A stretch of 63,725 nucleotides of DNA, the filler included, from Dicyema japonicum (taxonomy: Eukaryota > Animalia > Dicyemida), in the NCBI GenBank assembly GCA_011109175.1. It is 11 parts of 11 records of this genome, joined end to end, with 100 filler letters (N's around TTAATTAATTAA, not from the genome) between each part and the next. Parts side by side here need not be neighbours in the genome. Positions count along the whole stretch, not along the records: positions 11,980 to 33,340 come from RDEW01000026.1; positions 33,441 to 43,636 come from RDEW01000123.1; 9 more parts are not named here. One strand, written 5' to 3'. The position numbers were made by a program, and so were the translations under genes. How positions within the stretch are numbered: the first letter of the stretch is position 1; every line of letters begins with the position of its first letter. Shown here in pieces: positions 27,640-40,469 of this stretch. The notes under the pieces were generated by a model, which did not search any database, was not told where the DNA came from, and saw only the letters and a program-made list of their open reading frames with translations.

Positions 27640-28880
27640 ACAGAGATGAAATCTTAACCTGGAACTTTAATTCCGTGTATGTGCTCAACCACTATACTTA
27701 ATATGAATACGAGGTCGTGTGGTGCAAAAAGGGAGAGCTTTCCTTGTCAACATTTCTATATTTAGAAGTTAGAAATCCGTCAATTGTTTTCCCAAATGTA
27801 ATTTATTTGTTTTGATTACTCACAGGATCCCTGACCTCCCCAAACAAATAGTCTTTTTATGGCCATCTTTACATTTTGAAGAAATAATTCTTCCCCCACA
27901 TAAGAACCGTCTGAAAATAAAACTTACCAATACTCATCCGGGAATAGGATTGTCACAAGTAACCATTAGCATGTGATATCGCCATAAACGGAAAAAAGCA
28001 TGAACCGAATACTACTCGAAATGTGCAGTGTTACAAGTACAAGACATAAAGGTATACTCTCAATGATAACTGTTCTTTAATCTAAAATAAAGTTTGCGTG
28101 CCATGTCTTTGTATAGCTGTAAGTATTATGGATATAGTGAAAGAGATATTATTTTCTAGTCGACATACTGTCAAAAGACTTATGTTTATGACCAGGTAGC
28201 ATTGGTTAGTGCTGTCGTATGCGTCGCAGGGTTCAATTTAAATTCTAAAATACCACCTAATTATTTTGAGTATAAAAATACCACCCAATTGAACAATAAT
28301 TTCGCCACTTGAATAAATATTGTTTGATGCAAGGGGTTAATAAACTCCAAACTCTCCCTGTTCAATCAGTCTCTAGTGATAGATTGGTTAAAATAAAGAA
28401 ACAATCAACCGAGGGTCATACAGTAACCACTCAAATAGCCAACTCACGAAGATCTCCTGTTTGTGTAGAAATCTGATTCCCAGAAGACCCAGAAATTCCG
28501 GACTTTTCAACGGACTGATTCACCATTTCGAAAATATTAGGGCATTTTTCCATACACGCCTCTAGGATATACGCCTCTAATGAGACTGGTGAAAGCTTTC
28601 TGGATGTAAAGTTTGCCAAGAACATGCCCCAGGAATCTTCTCTGCTGCTTTATTGAAATGTTCTAACTGAATTAACAATTGCCTTTAATTGTAGACGAAC
28701 TTCAACTCATACTTGAGTAAGGCTTAACAATTGTGTAATAAAGGGAATTGAACACGTGGAGAACCACTTCGGAAAGTACTTCAAACATAATCCGATTCAT
28801 ATGTGAGGTAATTGAATTTGTCTCTAGTTGGTAACGAGTTAGTCTTGCCAATAAAATTCTCTATCTCTCTAAACCTGGAT
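27640..28880 (-). mobile_element. possible Gypsy LTR remnant (gag-like and integrase-like pieces)
   Basis: Heavily broken motifs: DKFNYL..VLSEVV (gag-like), NGYL*QSYSRM and LHHTTSY..VVEHIHGIK (integrase-like). Confidence 0.3.
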
Positions 28881-28899
28881 TTTGCCGCGTGGCGCCATG

Positions 28900-29155
28900 T
28901 GATGCTGCGTGGTTAATTGGTTAATTTTTTCTGCTTGCTTGTCTCTTCCTTCTCTCTCTTCCTAATAGAGTGGCGTCATGTGATCCACCTGACTAGGTGA
29001 CGCCCAGTCCCAGGCCGGCATGAAAAGGGATCATTTGCTCTTCCCCACTCCACTGGAGGGGTTTCCACAACTGCATGTAATGCACGTCTTAACCCTTATG
29101 GTGATTCCGGATGGACTCTGTAGAAGTGGAAACTGGATACACTTAATTAGTTGTT
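28900..29155 (+). repeat. SINE-like dispersed repeat ending in a LINE-derived tail
   Basis: Second copy at 4895-5030; ends GTGGAAACTGGATACACTTAATTAG, resembling the GIT*-TTAG LINE ends. Confidence 0.55.
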
Positions 29156-29713
29156 TACTTTAACTTCTTTCTCTTTGTATCCGGGGTTAATAAATAATAA
29201 TAATAAAACCTTCACATACCTAATGGCAATTTGCTGTTATTATTTAGGTTTGGGTCTATTGACACCCATTACACGCAGGTTGCTTTCTAAATGGTAGGTA
29301 CTGTACGAGCTGTCCTACGTCATATTTTTCCATTATGTGCGTTTTTGATTACTCAAAAGAATATAAATCTTAGGCTGATTTGCAATAGATGTTGTAACTG
29401 TTCCAAACTAAGATACCCTGTCGAATGGAGATGATTTTTACACTCCCTGGGATACGCCATCATCTGCAGCAATGCCCACTATCTACTGGCAGTTCGAACA
29501 CGATTTGTTACAAATGTCTTCGCTTCTGTTTACGAATACAGATTAACGTGTCATAGTCAAGGATTTATACTCGATTGTTAGTGAATCCTTAGTCCGACCT
29601 CTCAGTAATCTCATCACTGAATAATTGAGGTTTCTTTTAAATCATAATTCAGACCACGGATGTTAAAAATTAATTCAATTCCAAAGACCATTGTTAAACC
29701 GAAAAAAACTAAA

Positions 29714-30330
29714 CTAAGTGATCCCGACGAATTGGATCAAGGCTCTCATCTTTTCTCGGTGTTGATCCCTTGAGCCTACACAAGTACGTTGCGGACGAGC
29801 GCTTTCTTTTTGGCATTGGAGTCCATTCTTGTTTTCTTTGATTAGTTTCTCCATGAGCGTCGGTGATTTAATGTTTTCCCCTGTGTACCATCTCTCCGTT
29901 AGCTTGAAGGCCCTTTTCTGGGTTGCGGAGATTTTCTGGATGTTCGCATAAGAGGCCAGTGGTCCCCAAAAAGTACACGCATATGAAATGCATGGTTCGA
30001 TGTACTGTGAGTAGAGCGTTTTAAGTATATGATGATGTCCAATTTTCCATAGACCTGTTAGGCATTTCAGAAAGTTGATTTTCTTCTCACATTTGTTCAG
30101 CACGTCTCGAATAGTTCATGTACGTATCGAAAGTCAGACCCAATATTTTTTGCCATTTGCTGAACGGCAATTCTCTTCCCTCCGCAGTAATTTCTATTTT
30201 CCTGTTCGACAATCTTTTGTCCGAGGTATAGAGAGTTGTAACAGATTTTCGGTATTGATTGACAGCCGATTTTCATTAAACCACTCGAGTAGTCGATCTA
30301 TGTAGTTTTGTATTCTTTCCGTCGCTTTTC
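29714..30330 (-). mobile_element. APE-LINE ORF2 post-RT region and 3' end
   Basis: KKINFLKCLTGLWKIGHHHILKTLYSQYIEPCISYACTFW...QKRAFKL; ORF ends VGIT* followed by TTAGTTTAG. Confidence 0.7.
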
Positions 30331-30706
30331 ACAAGCTATGCCAGGATAACCGAGTCACGAACGATCCGCCTGAGCTTTCCAAGCCCCTAATGTTACTAAA
30401 CGCACGTGTTGCTTATTCCTTCAGATATCTCCAACACATTCAACGTCAGCAAAACTAACCACGTGATGGTAGTCCTCATTTACAACGAAGTTTTATTCGT
30501 TCTGATGTGATTCAGTATAAATAATGGCAAGAATGTCTGTAGAGTATTTAGCAAAATTATGATTCATTCATATAATGAATTGAGGAAGTAAATTTTTGTG
30601 AATTCCTTATATTGATTTACGTAAGTCCTCACCAAATATATAAGCAACTCCCGTCAACTCCAAACAAAATGGAATTGAGGAAGTACATTTTTGTGAATTC
30701 CTTATA

Positions 30707-31135
30707 TTGATTTACGTAAGTCCTCACCAAATATATAAGCAACTCCCGTCAACTCCAAACAAAATGTGTAGTGATAAGGATAAGATAACAAAGAATAAGC
30801 ACGATTTTGACTTTAATTATATATCACCTGAGGAAGACGACTTTGTAAGCGATAGTGATTCTGACGATGAGTTCCCCCAGTATTACATAGAAGATTCAGA
30901 AATGCAACGAATTCTACAAGATGACGAGCCGTTTATAATATGGAGTGATGATGGGGAATACTGGGAGTTGGATGTGATGCTACATATTAACAGCGCTGAT
31001 GTCATCTCACATATTGAGGAGACGGGATCACAGAAATCCGAAGACTATTGCATATCTAGTGAGTCCTTAGAGATGGTCGAAGAATCTAATAATTCAAATA
31101 AGTCTGAGCCGGACAAAACTGATAATTTCGAATAG
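30707..31135 (+). CDS. orphan acidic ORF (142 aa), function unknown
   Basis: Uninterrupted D/E/S-rich ORF in AT-rich DNA; no recognisable domain; the 5' end lies in a tandem duplication. Confidence 0.25.
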   Translation: MIYVSPHQIYKQLPSTPNKMCSDKDKITKNKHDFDFNYISPEEDDFVSDSDSDDEFPQYYIEDSEMQRILQDDEPFIIWSDDGEYWELDVMLHINSADVISHIEETGSQKSEDYCISSESLEMVEESNNSNKSEPDKTDNFE

Positions 31136-31204
31136 CTTTATTTATTTAATTTATTTTTTTTAAATTAATTGTTAGAAATATTTTAAGAATATTTATTTAT
31201 TCCT

Positions 31205-31495
31205 GTTAGACACTGAATGGATTTGGAATCACCAGCAAATAGTGTCATGGAGGACTATTTCGAAGCTGACGGACTTCGTTTCAGGGGTCGCCAGAGAAGT
31301 ACTCTCCCGGTTACGCTAGATAGAGACCTTCGGAGAGTGGGGAAACAATTAATTGACGGGGACGATCTTGACGCCTTACGGTACGTTGCCCAGGACAGGG
31401 GGAAATGAAAGAAATTAATAACTCTAATTGTTTCCTGTGCTGCACAAGCTTTGTAATGATTCATGGCATCGCGAAAGTGCTTAATAATAATAGGC
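31205..31495 (+). mobile_element. RTE-like LINE 3' end
   Basis: RFRGRQRSTLPVTLDRDLRRVG..LDALRYVAQDRGK(W), then a (TAA)n tail; homologous to 43066 and 54560. Confidence 0.75.
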
Positions 31496-32589
31496 ACTTG
31501 TTTCTTTCACTTGAAAGTACAGGAAGTGCGTATGCCCTTGATTGCATAAGTGTTTTCATAAATGAATTCTACAACGTATAGCATCGCATCGTCTATAGCA
31601 TCGGCTTGTATATTTTTGTTAAAGTTCTTAGTGACGCAGAATCGAGATAAGGAACCTCCATGTGGACACTGCAGGTAATCTGGAAGTATGTTAGTTTTGT
31701 ATTTTCCATGGAATAATCCCGCACGCAGTCTGAAATGTTTTGACTCTATTTCTCATATAACTGCAAAATACGTGTGTTCTAGTAATCTGGAAGTATGTTA
31801 GTTTTGTACTTTCCATGGAATAATCCCGCACGCAGTCTGAAATGTTTTGACTCTATTTCTCATATAACTGCAAAATACGTGTGTTCTAGTAATGGCTATT
31901 AGTCGTTTGTTGTAATTCCTTCGAGGAACTTCATTAATTTCCTCTGTTTATTATCTTGAAGGCTCACAAAAAGTCTATCAACTCACGTTTTGTATTTCAG
32001 ATACAAGGCTACGAACATCTGCGGTATACCTTCCACCGCGGAATTCACTTGAAAGCTGTCAGGTTTCTGTATTAGAGCTAGAAGCTGTTCCCCAAGAGGA
32101 CCGAGATTGTTCTGAGTTGAAAATTATGTCCTTCTGGTAATTAACCATTTGGCTAAGTGTGGGGGTTCTGTGTTTCATTTACAAAAACCGTTGTTCCGTG
32201 TTGACTTCTCTGAGAAAAAGAATCATGGAACAAAAGCAGATCTTCAGATCTAATTCAAGTTCAATTTTCAACAAGTAAGGGAGAAACTAAAGTTTCATTC
32301 TGTGTCACCTGCGAAAAGTATTGAGGGAATGATTGGTGACGCACTGCAGTCGACTTGAAACTGAATATGGTCTTATTAATGTAGAAATATCATAAGTAGT
32401 TCAATATTGATTGAAAGACAAAGTCATCGACTCAAATTCAGCATTCATCCTTGTTACCATTAATTCAATATTGTGTATGTTTAATAGTGATTAACAATAT
32501 TGATTGTACATAATAATAACACTTCCAACATGAGTAGGTAATGTTTACAGTACTTTAACCTTACATTTAGGGGAACACACACTTTATTT

Positions 32590-32990
32590 TGAGAAGTCCA
32601 TCTGCGAAGATTAATATGAGAGGCTTCTGAACCAATCAACCAACACCGTGCCTGTTAGTCACTGAAAGATGCTAATGGGATGACGCTCGGATCAATGCCT
32701 TCCCGCTCAGTACCGTCGGGACCCACCTTGAAGACGATACTGTCCGCACCGGTATCTCCATCAGAATTGGACTGAAGATTTGCCAGACTCACAATTGTCA
32801 GTGCGGTAGTTCCTGTTATGGACATCAATGCAGGACGATTTTCAAGATATTAAGGCGATCAACGGAATTGTTAATCGAGTAATGGAGTCTGCTGGATACT
32901 CCTCCATACTTGAACAAGTTGGCCTGGATAGAGGAGAGGTAAAATAACTGGAAGGAATCACAATTTTTCCATTAGAGGAAAAGAACTTTT
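32590..32990 (+). mobile_element. CRE-clade retrotransposon fragment
   Basis: GTHLEDDTVRTGISIRIGLKICQTHNCQCG...ESAGYLSILEQVGLDRGEVK*LEGITIFP. Confidence 0.75.
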
Positions 32991-35094
32991 ATCACAAATT
33001 TGTCATGTTTCTTGTGGAGGAGTTGATTTGCCAATTTACTCAAGATATTATGGAAATGATGCAAGATGTGTGTTAGAAACTATTCTGACCAGGCAGAACA
33101 TACGTAAAGCAGAATTAATTCGAAAATTTAAGAAGTTTTCACAGGATCATATAAATTTGATCATTTGTATTCTCTTACTATACAAGCTGGTTTACATTTC
33201 GGAAGATGAGACATTCTTCGTCCCTCTGACTTCCTTATTATTCCGGGATTTGTCTCAAAGGGCATGGACTCAGATGATTCTGATAGATTCCAGTTTCACC
33301 AAGCTAGAAATACGGACTTCTATGGCATCCGTTTTACTTGNNNNNNNNNNNNNNNNNNNNNNNNNNNNNNNNNNNNNNNNNNNNTTAATTAATTAANNNN
33401 NNNNNNNNNNNNNNNNNNNNNNNNNNNNNNNNNNNNNNNNAGTTTCTTTAATGCAGTCAATCTTAATAAACACCCCATAAAAGTCCTGGTTTCCAGTAAT
33501 TGTCTGATTGTAGAATTTGCTGATTTACAGAGAAGATTGTCTCGATCTAAAAGAAGGACAGGTCCTACAATTTTTTAATAGTTTTTTGGTGTTGTTCTTA
33601 ACATGACACAATTTCGACAACTTGTGGGAGGACGTGGAGGAGATCTTCCTCAAATAGTCTTAACTTGTGTCTAAATCATTATTTATTTACTGCCCGACCT
33701 AAGTTTGCTTATCGAGGACTGAATTTGAGAAATATTGTCGTGTATCTCGTCGTGGGTGAGAACCGCGTGGAAGAACTTTCCAGAACGTTGTCCTACGTTG
33801 GAGGAAATTTGTTGTTCGATAGCATCGGCATGTATGGTCATCTGGACTTGTCATAGACACGATACTAGCTCGTGCATTTTTAGGAATTGGGATGTCAGTT
33901 CTCCTCCTGAGTGGAATAGATTCGAGGGGAATATTTCCCGGAAGATTGACTCTCGCATAGTTCAAAGTCATTTTCGAAGAAAATATCTAGAATGTATATA
34001 TTTGGGGACTTGTGGGACGTCCTTCAGATAGTTCATTTGGTCTATATATTACAATATATATTACTCCAGGGAGTGCTTCTGTGCATTCCGTGGCTCATAT
34101 ATGTTATATTTCTAAAGTTCATGTGTATAATGTACATCTTTGACAACTTTGAGGTCGTGTTTTGGCTGAATTCATATCAAACGTCTCCACAAAACGAGAA
34201 TTGACAAATTTATGTCCCAGTCGTCGGAGAGAAATGTCTGTGGAAGGCTGCTGCTTGGGACACAGCCGAGTAAGGTAGTAAGACAAGCCTATGTACATTA
34301 TGAGTGAGCATACATCGGGCTTAGGTAAGCGTCCATTCAGTGAAGAGGTGTAACTGCCATCTTAAAATAAACAAAGTATATAGACGCTTTTTTTCTATTT
34401 CGAGATGATGTTCACCATAAGGAAAAGGTGTGTCCATCTATATTACTTTGTATATTTTTTATTTAAAATATTTTGAGTTATTTTAACTTAATTTTATATT
34501 TTCTTCATTTCTGAAAAATTAATAAAATATATTTAGTTTGGGATTTAAAAAATTGATTTATTTTTATTTTATTATAATGAAGTAATGCTTAAAAGCGATT
34601 ATTTTAGAAGACACAACTTAAGTGTGAGGTTCATTTCCTTTATCATGTATGAAGTATGGAATCAGCATTGTAAAAAATTGAAAAGGATATTCAGTTCAGT
34701 TTTTGTTTATCATTGACTCAAATATTACGTCAAAAAAAAGTTTCCTCCTCCTCGATCTCTTCTTTTATTAAATTTCTGCTCCCGGAGGATTGCCCCTTTA
34801 TCATCCCATAAAATTTATGCAATTAGACCACAGAATCCAAAGTCCTTGGACTCTCACTCCTTGGAGCGGATTATCCTTAATAAATTTCTCTAGCGGTTAC
34901 ATTACAGCGGGGCGGGCGCCATCTCTTCTTATTCTACCATCGCTCCCCCTCCGGGAACGTCTTTCTCAAACTAAAGAGCAAACATCCAGACGGCCTTTCC
35001 GACCTCCGAGTTTATCTGGCAGAAAACTCGGTTTCACCCTCTGACGGTTTGTTTATTTCTTTGCCGGTTTGTTTATTTCCTTTGCTAATCCCAT

Positions 35095-35245
35095 GTCATT
35101 CCGTGTATGATAACATGGGATGGACTGGTCACTAAATACCACAAGGGTACTTAAGACAGTTGGGTGTAGATAAGTCTCTACAGGTTTATATGCAGGTAAC
35201 TGTTCTTAAGAGGATTCTGGAGAGTATCTCGTTTGATGCTCGCCG
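35095..35245 (+). mobile_element. R4/Dong-like RLE retrotransposon C-terminal fragment
   Basis: VIPCMITWDGLVTKYHK-(frameshift)-YLRQLGVDKSLQVYMQVTVLKRILESISFDARR. Confidence 0.55.
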
Positions 35246-35730
35246 AGTCAGTTCTTTCCTGACATTCAGTCAGCGAGAGGCGCTGGACTGCACCTTCTCG
35301 GAGGTCTGCAGAGCCAGAGTAGAGGAGGAAGAAGGGAAGGAGGTGTGTGGAGTGCCATCTTCTGTTCACTTCGAACTGGAGATAGTATTATTTGGTCTAA
35401 ATCAAGAAATCAATTTTTGGTACTTGGATACATCACCCTTGAGGGGACACTTGATAAGGTTCTGAGTGACGTTGCCAAGGTCACTTCAGGTTTTTCGGAA
35501 ATGGGTCTATTCCTAACTGGCCTAAGTCCGAGGTAATCAGGGTCCGAAGACTTAAATAACTAACTAACTTAGCTAAACACTACTCTTCTCAGCCTCGCAT
35601 CGTTTATCGTCCAGAGTCTATCAAACAGGTTGAAGAGGGCTTGAAAGATACAAAATTGAAATCTCATGCCTTCAGGAAACGGAGGTTTGTTCTGGTTTTG
35701 ACGGAACTTTTTCAATTTATTTATTTTTAT

Positions 35731-36345
35731 TCACCAAGACCACAGTAAGACCGAACTAATTAATGTGTGATCCCGATGCACTTCGCACGGCGGAGATTCT
35801 CCGGGAAGGTTCGATCCTGTGCAAAGTGCATCGTCCTGAGACGACGATGTCCCAGGGGGATAGATTCTAATGGTCCTTTTTTCAGTGGGCCTTAGGTTTC
35901 CACCTGAGCGTTTTCCAAATCCAATTGAAGTTTCCAAGTGAATTGGTGGACCACGTAACGCCACGCTAAGNCTAGCTAACTAAGTGATCCCAGATGCAAA
36001 TCGCACGGCGGAGATCCTCCTGGAAGGTTCGATCCTGTGCAAAGTGCATCGTCCTGAGGCGACGATGTCCCAGGAGGGAGGTCTATTGGTCCTTTTTTCG
36101 GTGGGCCTTAGGTTCCACCTGAGCGTTTCCAATCCAATTGAAGACTCCAAGTGAATTGGTGGACCACGTAACGCCACACTAAGATCGATAGAAGGAGATC
36201 CTCTTTTGCACCATCTGTGTCGTGCCAGAAGGACTCGTCGCCACACGGGCAAAGGAACGTCGACAAGATTGACCCAGCTCAACAGTTGCCTCTTCTGGAT
36301 TCGAACCCACGACGGCCCTGCTCCAGTCTCCATAGCGAACTCTTC
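35731..36345 (-). mobile_element. SINE-like element (B-box head, LINE-type tail) plus a truncated tandem copy
   Basis: GGTTCGAATCC at about 36297-36307 on the minus strand; ends GGGATCACTTAGTTAG at about 35980; 35745-35970 repeats 35980-36180 with substitutions. Confidence 0.55.
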
Positions 36346-37059
36346 AGTCAAGGGGTAGATTTAAGGGGTACCATATTCCAAGGGGTACCATATTCCATAC
36401 ATCAAATATTAACAAATCTTGTCTTTCTATTTCGTGTTTCTGCACGATTATTTTTATTTAATTCTTACTTCAATTATTAGGAATATTTTTTTCTTTTCTA
36501 ATTTTTCTAATTCGCTGGTTAGGTGGATAAACTTTTGAGCCCATAATTCTTACTCTTTAATTCCAGTAATTGCATCTAAATTCAGAAATTTTTATTTCAA
36601 ATGGTGCAAAATTTAGATCTTCTGTTTCGCAATCAGAGGAGAAGTAACGAACAATAAGGTAGATTTTTCTTTTCTAAAAATCATGAAATCTACTGTAATT
36701 TTTTTTATTTAATTCCGACCTGTTCTTAAAATGATTTGCTTACGATAAAGAGTTTCTTTAATATAGGAAAACTCAATCGTTTTAATCTCCATTGCATATT
36801 TAAGTAATTTAGGGAAATGAGATAAAATCCCATTCTCTGCATCATCTACAAAACAAGCATAGTTTTTTTTTTCAAATAAGACAATTTCCTCCAACATAAA
36901 TAATGCGATTATTTCCAGTTCCTTGTAATTTTATAAAACACCTAAATATAAGATAAAAAGAGATCCGTTTTTTAAATGAAAAAAGTATACACCAGTTTCT
37001 ATATATATTCAAGATATTTTCGAAAGACCCAATTATACGCCAGTCTCTAAATATATTCA

Positions 37060-37134
37060 GAAAATTTCGAAAGAGCCACTTCCTGAGCTCAAAGAGCCAC
37101 CGGTGACTCGCGAGCCACCGGTTGCCGACCCCTG
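37060..37134 (+). mobile_element. right terminus of a hAT element
   Basis: Repeated GAGCCAC subterminal motifs ending GGTTGCCGACCCCTG, typical of Buster/Charlie-type ends. Confidence 0.65.
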
Positions 37135-37142
37135 GTCTAAAG

Positions 37143-38120
37143 CATAGGTTTTCACGAGAAATGTCTCGCGGCGCAAATATAAAAAAATAATCTCGCGCGC
37201 ATAATCAAAAATAAAAATATATTTATAAAATTCCAAATTCCAAATTTATTATTTTTACATAATTGTTCTGTCTGGCTTAATATTTGACAAGGCCAGTCGC
37301 ATTTCTGAATCTAAATCTAGTAGCTTTTCCCGCTTATTGGTTTTAATGTTTTGTAATGCAGAAAACCCCTTCTCACACAAATAAGTTGTTGAAAATTGTA
37401 GAATGATCCTCATTGCTTTACCTGTTATTTTTGGAAATCTAGAACGAATTTTGATCCAAAATTCGCCAATATTTAATTCCATTTGTGATAATTTTAAAGT
37501 ACGATCATTAAATAGTTCGATAAGTTCCATATTTTCGACGGGTAATAACTCATCACTATGACTAACCAAAAATGGATTCCGTTTCTAAAACTAATTATTT
37601 GAATAAATACCCAATCATATTTTTCAATGTCTATGTCTGGAAAATAATTATTGACTTTTTGTTCCAATGATCTCAAATGCTCATATATAAGACTTTTTAT
37701 TATGGTAGCGTCAGAATCTAAATCAGCTTTATAAATTAGAATGGGAATAGTCTTAGGAAACATGCTAAAATCTCCACTTAATACTAGTCTTCTCCAATAT
37801 GTAATATTCATTTTTAAAGAACTTAACTTGTCCGTGGAACTCAAAATTGTCCGTGGAACTCATACTCTTCTAAGTTTAGATGGAACCATTGATTCATTCG
37901 ACAATACCTCCATGCAAATCAGGCACAGTGGTAAACTATTTCCAGTGCCACAGCAGTCAAAACCCATAGATAAAAAAATGAATTTTAATGACGATTACTT
38001 CGTTTGACAGAATTTTTAAGTTAAAAATTAAAAAAAAAGTAAATATACATCTTCACGCGGCGCATTTTAAATCGTCTCGCGGCACACAAATGCGCGCGGC
38101 ACAGTGTTTGAAAACCTCTG
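37143..38120 (-). mobile_element. hAT Buster-type non-autonomous deletion derivative with TIRs and one 26-nt intron
   Basis: Imperfect TIRs CATAGGTTTTCA / CAGAGGTTTTCA; BED-finger start PLCLICMEVLSNESMVPSKLRR fused to the C-terminus EFWIKIRSRFPKITGKAMRIILQFSTTYLCEKGFS. Confidence 0.85.
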
Positions 38121-39150
38121 TCTAGCCCAACTGATTCCAGGACAGAAGGGAATCCAGCGGCTTTAAGGGCGCGCTTTACAACATCATTCACTGAGGCGAC
38201 AAGAGAGAGGTGTAATCCCCTCCTGTCGATGAGTTTGCCACACCTGCAATGATGTGGCTGGCAAATCTCAATGCCAAGGCGTATGAAAATGCCGATGCGG
38301 ACTGATTCGTTGTCCAGAGCATACCGGCTGTCGAGATCGGTAACGCGTTGAGCCAATCGGCCGAATGTGGTTGACAGTCGCAATTAATACTTCCATCGGA
38401 GACTGGTTGGCGTGTAGCTGATAATCAAGTATTTGTGAGAAATGAATATTGTTCCAGTTTCTTTGACCTAAGGGAATTTCCGGATTTTAAGCCCGAGAAA
38501 ACCTACTCGTTGACACTTGCAACATATTCCGACAACTCGGACTGTTCAGAAAAGGGAAGAGAACAGAGTTGACGAAATTAGTGGAAGTGGACAACAATGA
38601 TAGGTAGCATGGCAGGGATACATCACCGCCGAGCGGATACCGATGCCCCCGCAGTGGATAGGTAAATTAACACGCGGTATGTCACCAGGTTTGAATTTAG
38701 ATAGGTGTTCATGCTCCTGAAAGCAGGGCGATGAGCGCATAAGAAAAGTAAGTTTCGGGATAAGGAAATAGTTCTTCAGTAAAAGCCCCAGATGAGATTC
38801 GAGTCTGCAGATACGTGAGATAAGGGTTTCTATTTTCGTCTTTCTTGCCAAGGAGGCCCTTCCTAGTGCCCTCGCGACTGATTTGCGAACCGAGGATAAC
38901 TAAGTCGTCAAAAGCGGTGATGTTCCAGTGCTCAACATAATGAGACAGGATAGAAAAAAAGATTCAAATTCAGATGAATTCGCGGATAGGCAGATCAGCT
39001 CGGATTTCGAACCGTTCAGGGCGAGCCCAATAGAGGAAAAGCCAGAAATAATTTTTGTGACATTATTTTTGACAACCTCCAAAGGTACGCCAAGAGTAAC
39101 GTCGTCAAATACCAAAGGTTTACTTCGGACCCACTTGTGATAAAAGAATC
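38121..39150 (-). mobile_element. CRE-clade retrotransposon, degenerate RT to CCHC/RLE start, truncated at the hAT
   Basis: VFDDVTLG...IGLALNGSKSELI; RLESHLGLLLLKNYFLIPKLTFLMRSSP; LGIEICQPHHCRCGKLID; SVLESVGLDRG. Confidence 0.8.
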
Positions 39151-40469
39151 ATCTACAAACTGAACATAGAAAGGGAACGAACCTCGACTTGATTCTGGTC
39201 ATTTAGTTTAGTGGCAGAAGGATATTAGTATAGTTAACAACATATTTAAGCTCAAAAATGATGTGCTTTAGGTAATCACTCAGCCAATTCTAACTAATTG
39301 GTCTTTTAATTTTTTGTGTTATAAAACCAACTCTTTTTTATAAATCACTNNNNNNNNNNNNNNNNNNNNNNNNNNNNNNNNNNNNNNNNNNNNNNNNNNN
39401 NNNNNNNNNNNNNNNNNNNNNNNNNNNNNNNNNNNNNNNNNNNNNNNNNNNNNNNNNNNNNNNNNNNNNNNNNNNNNNNNNNNNNNNNNNNNNNNNNNNN
39501 NNNNNNNNNNNNNNNNNNNNNNNNNNNNNNNNNNNNNNNNNNNNNNNNNNNNNNNNNNNNNNNNNNNNNNNNNNNNNNNNNNNNNNNNNNNNNNNNNNNN
39601 NNNNNNNNNNNNNNNNNNNNNNNNNNNNNNNNNNNNNNNNNNNNNNNNNNNNNNNNNNNNNNNNNNNNNNNNNNNNNNNNNNNNNNNNNNNNNNNNNNNN
39701 NNNNNNNNNNNNNNNNNNNNNNNNNNNNNNNNNNNNNNNNNNNNNNNNNNNNNNNNNNNNNNNNNNNNNNNNNNNNNNNNNNNNNNNNNNNNNNNNNNNN
39801 NNNNNNNNNNNNNNNNNNNNNNNNNNNNNNNNNNNNNNNNNNNNNNNNNNNNNNNNNNNNNNNNNNNNNNNNNNNNNNNNNNNNNNNNNNNNNNNNNNNN
39901 NNNNNNNNNNNNNNNNNNNNNNNNNNNNNNNNNNNNNNNNNNNNNNNNNNNNNNNNNNNNNNNNNNNNNNNNNNNNNNNNNNNNNNNNNNNNNNNNNNNN
40001 NNNNNNNNNNNNNNNNNNNNNNNNNNNNNNNNNNNNNNNNNNNNNNNNNNNNNNNNNNNNNNNNNNNNNNNNNNNNNNNNNNNNNNNNNNNNNNNNNNNN
40101 NNNNNNNNNNNNNNNNNNNNNNNNNNNNNNNNNNNNNNNNNNNNNNNNNNNNNNNNNNNNNNNNNNNNNNNNNNNNNNNNNNNNNNNNNNNNNNNNNNNN
40201 NNNNNNNNNNNNNNNNNNNNNNNNNNNNNNNNNNNNNNNNNNNNNNNNNNNNNNNNNNNNNNNNNNNNNNNNNNNNNNNNNNNNNNNNNNNNNNNNNNNN
40301 NNNNNNNNNNNNTGTTTGATTTTGTGTGTTTGATTGGGTCTGTTTGATTGTGTTTGTGTTGTGCTACCTTCAAAAGCTCTCCCCCTGCTCCAAAGAAACC
40401 AAAAAAGACCAGAAAGAAAATCCTCAAAATCAAAAAAAACACACAAAAATAAAAAAAATTAAAAAAAAT

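Noticed and set aside
33527-33538. ACAGAGAAGATT, a U6 snRNA-like 12-mer
   Set aside because: Flanks do not continue the U6 sequence; chance match.
39319-40446. Long ORFs at 39319, 39345, 45311 and 45335
   Set aside because: They consist of N-gap translation.
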